Shown here: in pieces, positions 18,501 to 26,645 of the stretch | How the letters are laid out: the number at the start of each line of letters is the position of its first letter | Position numbering within the stretch: position 1 is the first letter of the stretch | DNA from: a virus | Taxonomy: Duplodnaviria > Heunggongvirae > Uroviricota > Caudoviricetes | Strand: one strand, 5' to 3' | Virus record (IMG/VR): IMGVR_UViG_3300037502_002518 | Coordinates: 69,712 to 116,838 of that record | Length of the DNA stretch: 47,127 nucleotides | Made by a program: the position numbers and the translations under genes | Notes under the pieces: model-generated | Told to the model about the DNA's origin: nothing | Databases searched by the model: none | Seen by the model: only the letters and a program-made list of their open reading frames with translations

Positions 18501-19727
18501 AACAAGTTTTTCTAAATCTAATTGCTGTTTCTTTCTTTCTTTTAATGTGTCTTCGTGAACACGACCAACATTTTTTGCTACAGCTATTTGATTCTTTAGC
18601 TCATCCTTTTGAAGTTTGGATAGTTTTGCTCCGTTTTGACGATGATTATTGATTAACTGCTCTGCTCTTTCAACTTCTTTTGATGCATACAGGTACTCTT
18701 CTTGAGACATATTTAAGCTGTCAAGATATTGTTTTGCTTCTGATAACTTTTGGTCTTGACCTTCTAAGAACTGAATGTCTGGTTGATTTGCAACGATTCT
18801 ATTCAGTGTATTCTCAGCATCTTTTAGCTTGTCGTCAAACTCTACTGTTGTTCCACCAATTGATGCAGATACTTCATTTATTTTTTGATAAACCTTGTTT
18901 ATATCTTCCTTGCCTAACACATCTTCAAATATTTTTGTATCAGCATTAGTTTTTAACTTATCTATTTTAGATTGTCTGTCTCTTTCTAAACCAATCTCTT
19001 TTTCTAAATTAAGTATTGTTTCATATTGAGACTTTAATGATTCAACTCCAGATATTTGCTCTTTAATATCTTTCGTTCCACCATCTCTTATCGAATCAAT
19101 CTCTTTTAGAACTTTATTATACTGACTTTCTTCTTGAAGACCTTTGCTTTTCAAGTTGAGAATATTAGACTCTATCCCTTGAATAGCTGTCAATATACCC
19201 TCTCTAGCTTTCAAATGGTCATTTTTTATTTTTTCATGGTTAATTTCTGTCTTTATTGTACTAGAGCCTTTGTCGCCTTCTTTTACCGTCATTTTTCTGT
19301 AGTCATTACCAGCGACTTTTGTAGTCTCTTTCGACATCTTACCTGTTGAGCTTCTTTTTACCGTCTCTATTTCTTTCAATAAGCTTATTTCACTGCTTAG
19401 AGATTTTAAATACTCATCTGATTCCTGCTTCGTTTCTCTGTAGCTCTTCTTTGCTTGCTCTTGAGATTTTTTAGCTACATCTCCTGCTTCTTTTGACTCT
19501 TTTTTAACTTTTGAAAAGTCTACGTCTGAACCTAAAGATTTTAGCTTGTTAGCTAAATCGGAAATATCCTTGTTTGCTTTTTCTAGTCCTTCAATGTTTA
19601 ACTTGATTTTAATTGGATAGTCTTTTGCAACCTTTGATACAACTTCACTAACTTCTTTGTCAAGATGATTTTTAAAGTTGGTTATATCAGCACCAATTAA
19701 AATATTATAAGCGTTCTTATTTGCCAA
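12582..19727 (-). CDS. Tape measure protein with C-terminal SH3b domain
   Basis: 2381 aa, mostly coiled coil. TP901-type TMP core (LRKVT...SATQFQKLGY...VSNNFAIS...VGNALKT). SH3b LFIRTGIGTQNRIVG...NGWYNVKYGNKTGWSSGKWI. Confidence 0.95.
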   Translation of the reverse strand: MANKNAYNILIGADITNFKNHLDKEVSEVVSKVAKDYPIKIKLNIEGLEKANKDISDLANKLKSLGSDVDFSKVKKESKEAGDVAKKSQEQAKKSYRETKQESDEYLKSLSSEISLLKEIETVKRSSTGKMSKETTKVAGNDYRKMTVKEGDKGSSTIKTEINHEKIKNDHLKAREGILTAIQGIESNILNLKSKGLQEESQYNKVLKEIDSIRDGGTKDIKEQISGVESLKSQYETILNLEKEIGLERDRQSKIDKLKTNADTKIFEDVLGKEDINKVYQKINEVSASIGGTTVEFDDKLKDAENTLNRIVANQPDIQFLEGQDQKLSEAKQYLDSLNMSQEEYLYASKEVERAEQLINNHRQNGAKLSKLQKDELKNQIAVAKNVGRVHEDTLKERKKQQLDLEKLVDRFDTKSIRASRAFNSLDARDEFRKARVEIERINEELERLTTLSGRDFDDGLNNVKKEIAEFDKMVLAGRNDVTDRHNSMFGRLGEAMKKIPVWMSAMTMFYAGMRQIQQGFQGVLDIDASMTNLRKVTSGTTTELREFEQTATDIGNTLGVLTKEAIDSATQFQKLGYTLQESTELSKNAILYSNVGDMNIDDATTSIISTIKGFGIEVDSTGQSVRKVVDVFNEVSNNFAISQQGIGEALQRSASTLYQAGNTLEQSVALVTSANASVQDPQKVGNALKTVAMRIRGVDEEGEEIKELIPELEGMFNSFGETIMLDEDTFKSTFDIMQSLKDNWEDLSDIEQANITEKLGGKRQGAIVSAMIQNWDDAEGSYEAGLNSAGSATREMEKYMESIQYRMNQLRVASETFWNTLLDKDALKLGIDLLTDLVNVMTQLVDAFGSTAILTTGATLFSVMGSKQLRESVFNIGAMRDGLASIPAEKSGRDIATTATQTTILGREMGRTGEATKSASMSLRGFGIAGKHVISGILKMTAWIAVISTATNLVIKLANREKEARERNIERLEDEITAYERLQTAKESVNFDEFMSLHSKNVEELDTSQYERYIGLRDDVIDAMPEMIAYYDSEREAVLKTAEAIRKMNKAKDEEYEKNKRKLFEEELDGADYSELERSVGAGAGLVRDSNLNQSRIEALEFAEDFLKEQIAGMNLPIEEMDKKAIELRKEFQRRLEESNLGAGEVSSIMMEFDMNVDSALIQGDVDSAKNFLNRAIDSLQVTNDEINEKINDNKEDIQSNMESFTADVNEMFGFILKDMDVETDSNEFVFLTTFKDEIVNNLEDFANGDLAGFIKDDLPSLMSEAFSSLEAYDVDLDSLMNMTGTSEEMEQTFNTLISKVNDGSSEGERLASVLRSIRDSLIQVAQKNKEVASSFNWARDVNPILTGFVDEISDLDSAYRDLADGQEMSLSQTFDLIDAHPELIDQMEIENGTIKITGESIRELASIKEKAFKADLESKRQEAKNAKAMAETDIRAILTRVNAYGVLIDAKQKVANIDLKELEQKGQEQLRQGNYWGYSEAMHAKHEVGSLIGAYQDLGAEEARLTKLLNFDFTSNLGSITGGSSSSSGSKSGKSDATKELQDAIYVTDEYTNKIDNLNRKIAEQQAIQSKYSEGSKQYQNSIKEEIRLTEAKEKAINNEIKSLEKQIKNKNIQKTGLIRLDDDSDNKTARAKRAEIQQEIDEATKRLNSLYSESYSIGSQIESLNMELVSAISAGFEKQRDTLDNEINYIEYSMGLYNESSKAYERLVNRKITKSKEAEKTYRDEIRALESQLKNNKNLTQAQREEIVKMLNATEEALLSTNEETREMINLLHELEMNKTFEKIAREAEAYSKAITRIRDKMEYDIDEDDYKGNISALKEIMQYNKGQSKDIEENIKKLKQQRKEFEGNHEAQAKINEEIRKQEDALYDSNMAIKDNQKEMENYYSQIADTYVEIYKEQLESQRRAEEKKYEETMKLEDKAHRKRMKHLDEQMDAISDIYDKQIDELDKEDAERTFNMDLQGLQEEERKIRERINILSLDDSYRARAEREELEEQLSDKLSEIEELKYQRELTLRKENLKDLKEEEIEKVESKREGYEEDYENFTKNQEELREEREKHWEDMLNDEEKFSHMRENIMNGHFSNMLEDLTAWDKDVSSRMEGLGNSVERNLTSKIREAIDELTGLKNMSIPDYDSIKGKDLAGEKDYVSEERASDSVKTDPTDAENYDTNKTSSSSSSSSSNKSSEPSKPKTQKGKTIGDLFIRTGIGTQNRIVGVMKKGSEMQIMGEKNGWYNVKYGNKTGWSSGKWIAKLNKGGITPKFSGGKIAMLHEQEMIANKVQTKDILKTAKIVDGIKDILPKGGGQSDIMKSISSKLNSIDYIKLQNAIKNAVGGSSEPQVVNYNYDLDVNVDNFSGDRKELDAVSRQLMTKLKREKGGRV

Positions 19728-19760
19728 AATTAATCACTCCTTGTATTTTATCAAAAAAAT

Positions 19761-19787
19761 AAAGTACAAGGAGTCACCTTGTACTTT
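19761..19787 (-). terminator. Intrinsic terminator-like hairpin upstream of the TMP gene
   Basis: AAAGTACAAGG-agtca-CCTTGTACTTT, followed by ATTTTTTT on the minus strand. Confidence 0.65.
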
Positions 19788-20218
19788 TAGCCTTCAAATT
19801 CAATAGTTTCTGCAACATCACACCATCTATCATAGATAAGTGCCTCTTCCCCTTTGAAAGTTTTATCACAATTTAAAATAATCTCTTTTATCAATTTCAT
19901 CATTTCTTCCCTATCTTTTGTCTCTTCGATGAAAAATTCTTCATTCATTAACAAAAAATACTGTCTTTGAAATTCTTCTTTGTCTCTCATTTTGTAAATA
20001 TATTGGTCAGAAAAAGATGATTTTTCCTTTTGTAATTCACCGTTCTCATCTAGTTCTGCATATTCTTTAAGTAGCTCAAAATGCTCCTGTTGTATCATCT
20101 CTTGTCTCTTCATTAAAAGTTTAACAAATCTTGTTCTCAACCTGTTATCTTTTCCTTTTAATTCAAAATCAAGAATAAAATCTGAAAATCTCTCTATTTC
20201 TGCATTCTTCAAATTCAA
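19787..20218 (-). CDS. Hypothetical protein (DUF1617-like)
   Basis: L..K..R.RTRF.KLL...KEYAELDENG pattern recalled from DUF1617-like phage proteins. Confidence 0.5.
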   Translation of the reverse strand: MNLKNAEIERFSDFILDFELKGKDNRLRTRFVKLLMKRQEMIQQEHFELLKEYAELDENGELQKEKSSFSDQYIYKMRDKEEFQRQYFLLMNEEFFIEETKDREEMMKLIKEIILNCDKTFKGEEALIYDRWCDVAETIEFEG

Positions 20219-20238
20219 AATAACCTCTCCTTTTTTCT

Positions 20239-21240
20239 CTAAATTTCTAACTTCTTCTTGTCCTCTTGGATTTTATCATAGTTTTCTTGTAGGTAGTGCG
20301 CTCTTGTTACATCTGTACCAGAGTGATTTAACAAAGTTGAGACATCTTCTAATTTCATGCCTTTTTGATAAAGTAAGTTAGACCCACTATGCCTCAAGTC
20401 ATGAACATGCAAGTCCTCATCAACATAATCCCCAATGTCTTTTATCCATCTCGTTTGGATTGTGACTTTACTAATCTTTTCTCCCTTTTTGCTTAAGAAT
20501 AAATGGTCTGAATTGAACCCAATTTCTTCTCTTTCTTTTATCCAAGCCTTAATAGCCTTTAATGCTCTGTCTGACGGAAACAAGTTTACAACCTTTCCCT
20601 CTTTCTCCAAAACCTCTTTTATGATTCCATTATCAAAATCTATTTGACTAATTTTTATATTTGATAAAGCGTTTACACGAGCCATGGTTGAAAGTGCAAC
20701 CTCAAAGAATGCTGTTAACTGCAACTCTTTACCTTTTTTAAGCTTCCTTCTAATTGTTTCTACTTGTTCTTTTGTTAAATAAGTTTGTTTTACTTGAGGT
20801 TTTTCATTTGGTCTGATTCTAATTCTCTCAATGAAATCCATAGGGTTTACTTTAATTTTTCTTTTTTTTAAAAAATAACCAAATAAAGATGATAAGGTTG
20901 CCATTCTTCTTTGCATTCTTCTTTCATTATTGCCTAGCTTTTCAATACAAAAAGTGATATAGTCTTCTAAAATGTCTACCATGTCATCAATGCCAATATC
21001 ATCTTTCATAATTTCTAATAAGTCTTCTTCTTCAATAATTCCCTCATCATACCTGTCTTTTAAAAACACAAAGAACTGGTCTAAATCATTTTGATAGGAT
21101 TTTTTTGTTGACTCTGACAAGTTTAAACTTTTATAATTAAAGAACCTCTTGGCATATATTTTATTTTCTTCACAAACTTTATCCAATTTTGATTTTGTTG
21201 TATATTTTACATATTTCCTTTTTTCTTTCATTCTCGTCAC
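20239..21240 (-). CDS. Tyrosine recombinase within the tail operon (YomM-like)
   Basis: Full catalytic set: ARVNA (R), HDLRH (HxxR), LLNH...TRAHY (H, Y), plus a SAM-like N-domain. Confidence 0.9.
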   Translation of the reverse strand: MTRMKEKRKYVKYTTKSKLDKVCEENKIYAKRFFNYKSLNLSESTKKSYQNDLDQFFVFLKDRYDEGIIEEEDLLEIMKDDIGIDDMVDILEDYITFCIEKLGNNERRMQRRMATLSSLFGYFLKKRKIKVNPMDFIERIRIRPNEKPQVKQTYLTKEQVETIRRKLKKGKELQLTAFFEVALSTMARVNALSNIKISQIDFDNGIIKEVLEKEGKVVNLFPSDRALKAIKAWIKEREEIGFNSDHLFLSKKGEKISKVTIQTRWIKDIGDYVDEDLHVHDLRHSGSNLLYQKGMKLEDVSTLLNHSGTDVTRAHYLQENYDKIQEDKKKLEI

Positions 21241-21725
21241 CTTTCCATTCCTTTTGCGAAAGCTCTTTCAATTCTGCCTTCTCTCTGTATTTTGCTAAAT
21301 GCATGGGTCATATAGTCCCTCGGCTTCCAGAAACTATTGCTATATGTTACACCTCTTCTTTTTGCCTTCTCTATGAAAGCATCGGTATAATTAGCAACTC
21401 CGTCTAACCCTTTTGATTTTGACTGACCTTCAATAATTAGAGAAGTTAAATCCTTGCCCTCTGATGTTTTAGCCATATGAGTATATGAACCATATAACGT
21501 ATTCGTTGATGCATATGTGTAACTTCTCATATTTTTGTCTGCTTTAAATTTGGCAGGGTTTCTTTTGTAAACTCTGGGAGCATAAGATTTATAAACAACC
21601 TCGTCTATACTTTCTCTAATTGCACTATAAACTTCTTCTTTTACCTCTGTTTTTAAAGCTTTATTTACATCTTTTCTAACTTGATTCTCTAGCTCTTTTA
21701 AGCTACCGAATGAATTCATGTCCAA
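21237..21725 (-). CDS. Tail completion protein (HK97 gp10-like, tentative)
   Basis: 162 aa. VY..Y.P..YKR and PRDYM..A motifs. Tail operon position. Confidence 0.5.
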   Translation of the reverse strand: MDMNSFGSLKELENQVRKDVNKALKTEVKEEVYSAIRESIDEVVYKSYAPRVYKRNPAKFKADKNMRSYTYASTNTLYGSYTHMAKTSEGKDLTSLIIEGQSKSKGLDGVANYTDAFIEKAKRRGVTYSNSFWKPRDYMTHAFSKIQREGRIERAFAKGMER

Positions 21726-22240
21726 TCAACTAAATCTTTATTTCTGACGTATTTTTTAGCTTCGCCTTTAACTTCTTCTAGATGCTCTTGATTAGCTTCA
21801 AATACGCTCAATGAAATCTCAATTTCCTCATTGATTTTCTTAATTTCCCGTTCTTCAAAGTTCATAAAAATTTGAATTAAAGCAGATGTATCAACCATCT
21901 TATCCATCAAATTAATCTGTTTTTCTAAGTCTACTGGGAAATATTCACCAACATCTGAAAAATGTTTTACCATTAAAAACATTAGATAAGGCTCTAAAAT
22001 GTTCTCGTAATCTTCTTTCTTGACTTGATTTTTTAACTTGTTCGAGTTAGTATAAAACTCGTTCATCAATTTTGATATTTTTTTTGGACTGAAAATTCTG
22101 TCAACTAAAATTTCTGCCTCTTCAATTTTCGATTTTCCATCATTTTGTAGCACTTCACCCTTGATTGATACAGGCTTTTGCAACTTGAACTTGCTGTTAG
22201 ATTTTTCTACTAAATCCAAAAAGCTGTTTTGTCTAGTCAT
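21716..22240 (-). CDS. Hypothetical tail-operon protein (possible assembly chaperone)
   Basis: 174 aa, helical, downstream of the major tail protein, RBS AAGGA. Confidence 0.5.
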   Translation of the reverse strand: MTRQNSFLDLVEKSNSKFKLQKPVSIKGEVLQNDGKSKIEEAEILVDRIFSPKKISKLMNEFYTNSNKLKNQVKKEDYENILEPYLMFLMVKHFSDVGEYFPVDLEKQINLMDKMVDTSALIQIFMNFEEREIKKINEEIEISLSVFEANQEHLEEVKGEAKKYVRNKDLVDWT

Positions 22241-22346
22241 TTCCTTGTCATCTCCTTTGTCTATTTATGTAAATTTTGTAGATAAAACTCTGGTTTTATT
22301 TCATAGTCATTTTTTAAAGAGGGGAATTTCTTCCCCTCAATTTTTA

Positions 22347-23120
22347 TTACTCAGTGTAACGAATCATCTTAACCATTTCAGAGTCACGACCATCTTTAAA
22401 TACATCGACATTAAAGTCAAATACAGATGGGTCTCCGTCTGGTTGCATAGTTAAAGTGAAGGCTGTTGAAATCTTCGCTTTAGGAATATAGATTTGAACC
22501 ATTTCATCAACACCAGTTTGTTCATTTCTCCAAACCATGTCACCAACGATTTCATAGAATGCTGGGAATTTGTTTGAATCAATTGTAATAACTGATGCAT
22601 CTTGAACTGTTTCAAACTTGTAGTACACAATAACAAGTTCACCTTCAGCTAAATCTGCTGTAGGGAATCCAATTACATTATTTGTTACTGTTGCATTTGT
22701 CATGTCAACTTTTACCCCTTGACCATAACCATCTTCTGTTTTGAAGATTTGAATGCCAGTTGCTAGAGGTGTGCGAGCAAGAGTAACTAATGTCTCTGTT
22801 CCCGTTCCTGAATCTACTGTGGTTAATACTTCACGATTACGAACAATTTCTTTCTTTGTCTCTAACTCTGTACCAGATTGAATAGAAATTGCTTTTGGAT
22901 TTAACAATGCATCTTGAATTGCAAAGGTTACTGTACGACCAAAATCCCAACCAACTAAACGGTTGTTGCCTTGTCCACCTGTCGCATAAACTGTTTCTGC
23001 AGTGTTCTCCATGTTTGTCATTTTTAATGTGTCTAAATATAGTTCAGCTTCACCAGTCAACTTGTTGTATAAAGTGATATTGGCAACGTCATGAACTCCA
23101 AAACGTTCTGCTTTGCTCAT
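22347..23120 (-). CDS. Major tail tube protein
   Basis: FGVHDVANIT, VYATGGQGN.RL.GWDFGR, I.IDSNKFP, LTMQPDGDPSVFDF. Highly-expressed codon bias (cgt, gct). Strong RBS. Confidence 0.9.
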   Translation of the reverse strand: MSKAERFGVHDVANITLYNKLTGEAELYLDTLKMTNMENTAETVYATGGQGNNRLVGWDFGRTVTFAIQDALLNPKAISIQSGTELETKKEIVRNREVLTTVDSGTGTETLVTLARTPLATGIQIFKTEDGYGQGVKVDMTNATVTNNVIGFPTADLAEGELVIVYYKFETVQDASVITIDSNKFPAFYEIVGDMVWRNEQTGVDEMVQIYIPKAKISTAFTLTMQPDGDPSVFDFNVDVFKDGRDSEMVKMIRYTE

Positions 23121-23204
23121 TAAAATCTCTCCCTTTTTGTCTTAGCCTTTTATTTGGCATTATAATTAATTATTTTTAAGTGATTTGTAATCAACACTTA
23201 TATA

Positions 23205-23954
23205 TTAAATCTTGCTGTAGTAAGATTTAATTTTTACATCTTTAGCACCTGCTAGTAAACTCTTAAGACTTAGGTCATACTCTTCAATTTTTTCAACTCT
23301 TCTAAACTTCGTATAAAGTTGATATAGAGTTAAATCAAAAATCTTCTCTTCACTTATGTTAGACTTAGAAGATAGTGCAGATATAATTGAGAATAAATCA
23401 ATATCTTCACCCTCATCATTATCTTTACTTCTGTACTTCTCTCTTTCTTTCTTAAGCTCTCCAATTCTCTTTTTTAGTGCTTTTGCCTGTTCTGTTGCTG
23501 GAGCTTCATCTTCTTGAGATTCTTCTGTATCCAGAATGTAATTCTGAAGCTTGACAACTTTTTTGATTCTGTCAAAGTTATCTCTGTCAACCTCTTTAAC
23601 TGTTTTTTCTCCATTATCTTCAGACTCAACTAAAAATCGTGAAGATTTTCTATCTATATAGATATTATCTTCACTCAAAAAGAAAGAAAGTGCTTCTTCC
23701 ATCATAGAGTAGAATTCATCATCTCCGACTAACATAAATACATCAAATATATTGACCTCTTTGTCTAAGTCTGGTAACAAATCTGTGCTATTAAGATTAA
23801 AAATATTAAGATATGAAAGGTATTTTGAATAACCTAATCTAATAATATCTTTTATTGTCCTTGGCTTTATATGTCCATATCCATAAACAACTATTGGCTC
23901 ACCTGCAAGCAACCTCAAATTGAGTTCTACTTCTTCTAGTTTTTTGTCTTCCAA
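23205..23954 (-). CDS. Putative tail assembly chaperone (single-frame G/GT-like)
   Basis: LLAGEPI...I.PRTIKDI N-domain, acidic/basic linker, C-terminal IFDLTLYQLY motif. Confidence 0.5.
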   Translation of the reverse strand: MEDKKLEEVELNLRLLAGEPIVVYGYGHIKPRTIKDIIRLGYSKYLSYLNIFNLNSTDLLPDLDKEVNIFDVFMLVGDDEFYSMMEEALSFFLSEDNIYIDRKSSRFLVESEDNGEKTVKEVDRDNFDRIKKVVKLQNYILDTEESQEDEAPATEQAKALKKRIGELKKEREKYRSKDNDEGEDIDLFSIISALSSKSNISEEKIFDLTLYQLYTKFRRVEKIEEYDLSLKSLLAGAKDVKIKSYYSKI

Positions 23955-23963
23955 TTAAAACAC

Positions 23964-24455
23964 CTAGAAGTCTGTCAGTTTGGCTGTTAACCTAACTGCT
24001 TCAAATTCAGAATTAATCATTACATGTGCGCCATCTATAAAGTGTAATTTTCCAAGCCTTTGGACATTTCTATGTTTAAAATGTTTGAATATTTCGTCTG
24101 CAATGACATAAGGTCTTATCACCTTTTTGCCATCATTAGACATAAGCCAAATATCTTTGTGAACAATTATGTCTACAATTACAATTGTTTCATTTACATG
24201 ATTGTTGTTTAAGAATCTAAACTCTGGATAATAGATACGCAATTCAGTTCTAACATCACCCAAATAGTCTATATCAAAAGGATAAGCTGTAATCCTTTGA
24301 TTTTTTGACATTGGAGCAATTGATGCTGGGGGAACATCTTCTGTCAATGGTAAGCTTTTACTTGAACCAACAAGGTTAACAATTTTTTGGTTCTTTAATA
24401 TCTCATCTATCATTACTACAATCGATTCTGACATTCTAGATAAATCCATTACCAA
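23964..24455 (-). CDS. Neck/tail terminator-type protein
   Basis: 163 aa. Position between head-closure and tail genes. DIIVH..W....RPY motif. Confidence 0.55.
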   Translation of the reverse strand: MVMDLSRMSESIVVMIDEILKNQKIVNLVGSSKSLPLTEDVPPASIAPMSKNQRITAYPFDIDYLGDVRTELRIYYPEFRFLNNNHVNETIVIVDIIVHKDIWLMSNDGKKVIRPYVIADEIFKHFKHRNVQRLGKLHFIDGAHVMINSEFEAVRLTAKLTDF

Positions 24456-25123
24456 TCACCCCATCCCGAGTTATCGCTTCCATCAGAAACACCATTATCT
24501 AAATCATCAGACGTATAGTTCGCAACACTTTTCATGTAAACGCTCATAAGACCATCTTCTTCATAAACCTCAGAAATTGTGTCAAGCTCAATAACTTCAT
24601 ATGACTGACCAGATATAAGAAATCTATCTGTTAGTTTGATTTCTTTTGTGTCAGAATTATATTGAATTAGAGCCATAATTTCTGCTTCAGAATTTAAGAT
24701 TAATCTTTCTTCTCTTGCTATATTTTGATTTAAACTTAGTGTTTTTCCCTTTATCGCACAAGGATAACTAACCAATGTCCCATCAGATTTTTTCCAACTT
24801 AATTTTTGTGGGCATATTTCCATCGTTACTTTTGGATATATCTCATGGTCTACTGCTTCTGTTGAAATGTAATTTGTATCTTTATATTTTAAATAAATTC
24901 CTTTTCTTGCAACATAACTTGGTTTAAAGGTAATAGAATAAATACCATATTTTTTTGTTGGTTTTATATGAACATCTGTTGGGTCAACTTCATCATTGAC
25001 AACTAGCATCTCATGTTGAGGACTATCAGAGAAATATTCACTGACAGCAAGTGCTGTATCATAGTTAATTGCTTTTCCAACATTTGTTTGACCTAGCCTA
25101 TTTTTATAGTTTGTCAAATCCAT
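24449..25123 (-). CDS. Head-tail joining (stopper-like) protein
   Basis: 224 aa, beta-rich, C...LSWK...RFLI.G..YEV..LD pattern, neck position. Confidence 0.55.
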   Translation of the reverse strand: MDLTNYKNRLGQTNVGKAINYDTALAVSEYFSDSPQHEMLVVNDEVDPTDVHIKPTKKYGIYSITFKPSYVARKGIYLKYKDTNYISTEAVDHEIYPKVTMEICPQKLSWKKSDGTLVSYPCAIKGKTLSLNQNIAREERLILNSEAEIMALIQYNSDTKEIKLTDRFLISGQSYEVIELDTISEVYEEDGLMSVYMKSVANYTSDDLDNGVSDGSDNSGWGDW

Positions 25124-25401
25124 TATTCATACCTTCTTTGTAATTCTTCTACAATCTTACAAGAGTCTAGAATATCTTTTCTAACTTTGTGATGGCTAGT
25201 TTTGTCAAGACCATTGATGACTCCAACAATTCTAATCAGTTCTTCATCTTTAAAATATAAAGCACTTCCTACCATTTCCCTTGATAAAGACTCAATATAA
25301 CTATCTAATGTCTCTGCTTCTTCTTCATACATGTAAAGAATTTTAATGACTCTCCCATAAAGTCTATCAAAATACTTCTTTTTAACTGACTCTAATGTCA
25401 T
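25123..25401 (-). CDS. Hypothetical neck-region protein
   Basis: 92 aa, translationally coupled to neighbours. Confidence 0.55.
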   Translation of the reverse strand: MTLESVKKKYFDRLYGRVIKILYMYEEEAETLDSYIESLSREMVGSALYFKDEELIRIVGVINGLDKTSHHKVRKDILDSCKIVEELQRRYE

Positions 25402-25820
25402 AGCTCATCTATCGATTCATACAAATTATATGTCGATTGCAAGGAAGATGCTTCTTTCGAAACTTCTTGTCTATGGGAGATTAAAGCATTTAAATTGCTT
25501 GCCTTTGAGCGTGAGTTGTAATCTGCTTCAGAAAGATAAACTTCTAAGTTTTTCACATTGTTAACTTTTGTAGTAATATAGTAATATGTCATCCAAGTTG
25601 CTAAAATTTCTTTTTCATAAAAGTTTAAATCTTCATTGAATTCATTTGTTGTTTCATCATAAGATAGGTCTTTGTTACAATTTACGAACCTAACAATGGC
25701 GCTATTAAGATAGTCTTTCAATGTGTCTTCTAATAGCCCTTGTTCATTAAGTTCTATAAATCTAAAATCTGTAACCTTTCCCATGAATTTACCATAAACA
25801 TCTTCTAGAGGTGTTCCCAT
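25398..25820 (-). CDS. Head-tail adaptor/connector protein
   Basis: MGTPLEDVY..FM.KVTD and F...L...EKEILA.WM motifs of SPbeta-like adaptors. Confidence 0.65.
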   Translation of the reverse strand: MGTPLEDVYGKFMGKVTDFRFIELNEQGLLEDTLKDYLNSAIVRFVNCNKDLSYDETTNEFNEDLNFYEKEILATWMTYYYITTKVNNVKNLEVYLSEADYNSRSKASNLNALISHRQEVSKEASSLQSTYNLYESIDEL

Positions 25821-25826
25821 TTAGGA

Positions 25827-26567
25827 TTACCCCCTTTGTCCAATTTCAATTTTGAACTTGTTATTTAAGAAGTTAATCATTCTTAATGAATCTAGTTCCC
25901 CTCTACTAACTTTGTCTTTTGCCATAGAAACAATTGTTGATTGAACTCCTTTTGGAGCATTGTCAACAAAATCTTTGAATCCGTCAAAAGGAAGTTTGAA
26001 AGATTTTTCAATAGAATCTTTAGAAATGTTTTCATATTTTTTGTTTAGGCTGAAGTAATCTACAACTTCTTCGTCTAAAATTAAAATGAATGGCTCATCA
26101 AAGAATCCACGAGAACTACTTTTCATTGTGATAAGCTCTTGGAACTCAATATATTCAACATCTCCATATTGACCCCAAATTGTCTCTAATCCACTTTTCT
26201 TTGAACGATACACTAAACTACCAAAAGTAATATTCATAACTGGGACTTGCTCATATCTGTCAATTTTTGGCTTTGATGTCCTTTTTGGTGCTACTTCATT
26301 TTTTTGCTCTTCTTCTACCTGTTTACGAGCTTCTTCTTTTAATTCTTCTAGCATCTGTGCTTTCAAAGCTTCTAAATCGACTTGAGATGTTTTAACTTCC
26401 TTAACTTCATCAGATACGTCCTCCACTACATCTTCCTTTTGGTTCTTTGCTTTCATTTCTTTTAGTTGTGACTCTAATTTTTTCTTTCCTTTTTTCTTCA
26501 AGTTAGAGTACGTGTCTACCTCTTCAATCGACAATATTTCCTTGATAATTTCATCTACTGTTGCCAT
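25827..26567 (-). CDS. Conserved head-region protein (YonA-like)
   Basis: Directly after the capsid gene. W...GD.EYI...EL motif. Confidence 0.6.
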   Translation of the reverse strand: MATVDEIIKEILSIEEVDTYSNLKKKGKKKLESQLKEMKAKNQKEDVVEDVSDEVKEVKTSQVDLEALKAQMLEELKEEARKQVEEEQKNEVAPKRTSKPKIDRYEQVPVMNITFGSLVYRSKKSGLETIWGQYGDVEYIEFQELITMKSSSRGFFDEPFILILDEEVVDYFSLNKKYENISKDSIEKSFKLPFDGFKDFVDNAPKGVQSTIVSMAKDKVSRGELDSLRMINFLNNKFKIEIGQRG

Positions 26568-26645
26568 ATAATAACATTCTCCTTTTTCTCATTTTTTTTA
26601 AGGCTAGACATAAGCCTAGCCTTGTGATATTATTTATGTTGTTAA

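Noticed and set aside
8334-18949. Numerous plus-strand ORFs antisense to the hub and TMP genes
   Set aside because: Shadow ORFs of long coding genes. Hydrophobic Ser/Leu/Phe-rich translations, no RBS or motifs.
21716-22346. Programmed -1 frameshift tail chaperone pair
   Set aside because: No convincing slippery heptamer with an overlapping downstream frame was identified.
26600-26623. Hairpin after the capsid gene as a terminator
   Set aside because: It is followed by an A-tract, not a U-tract, on the coding strand. More likely a stabilising or processing stem. The same applies to the hairpin at 37276-37301.
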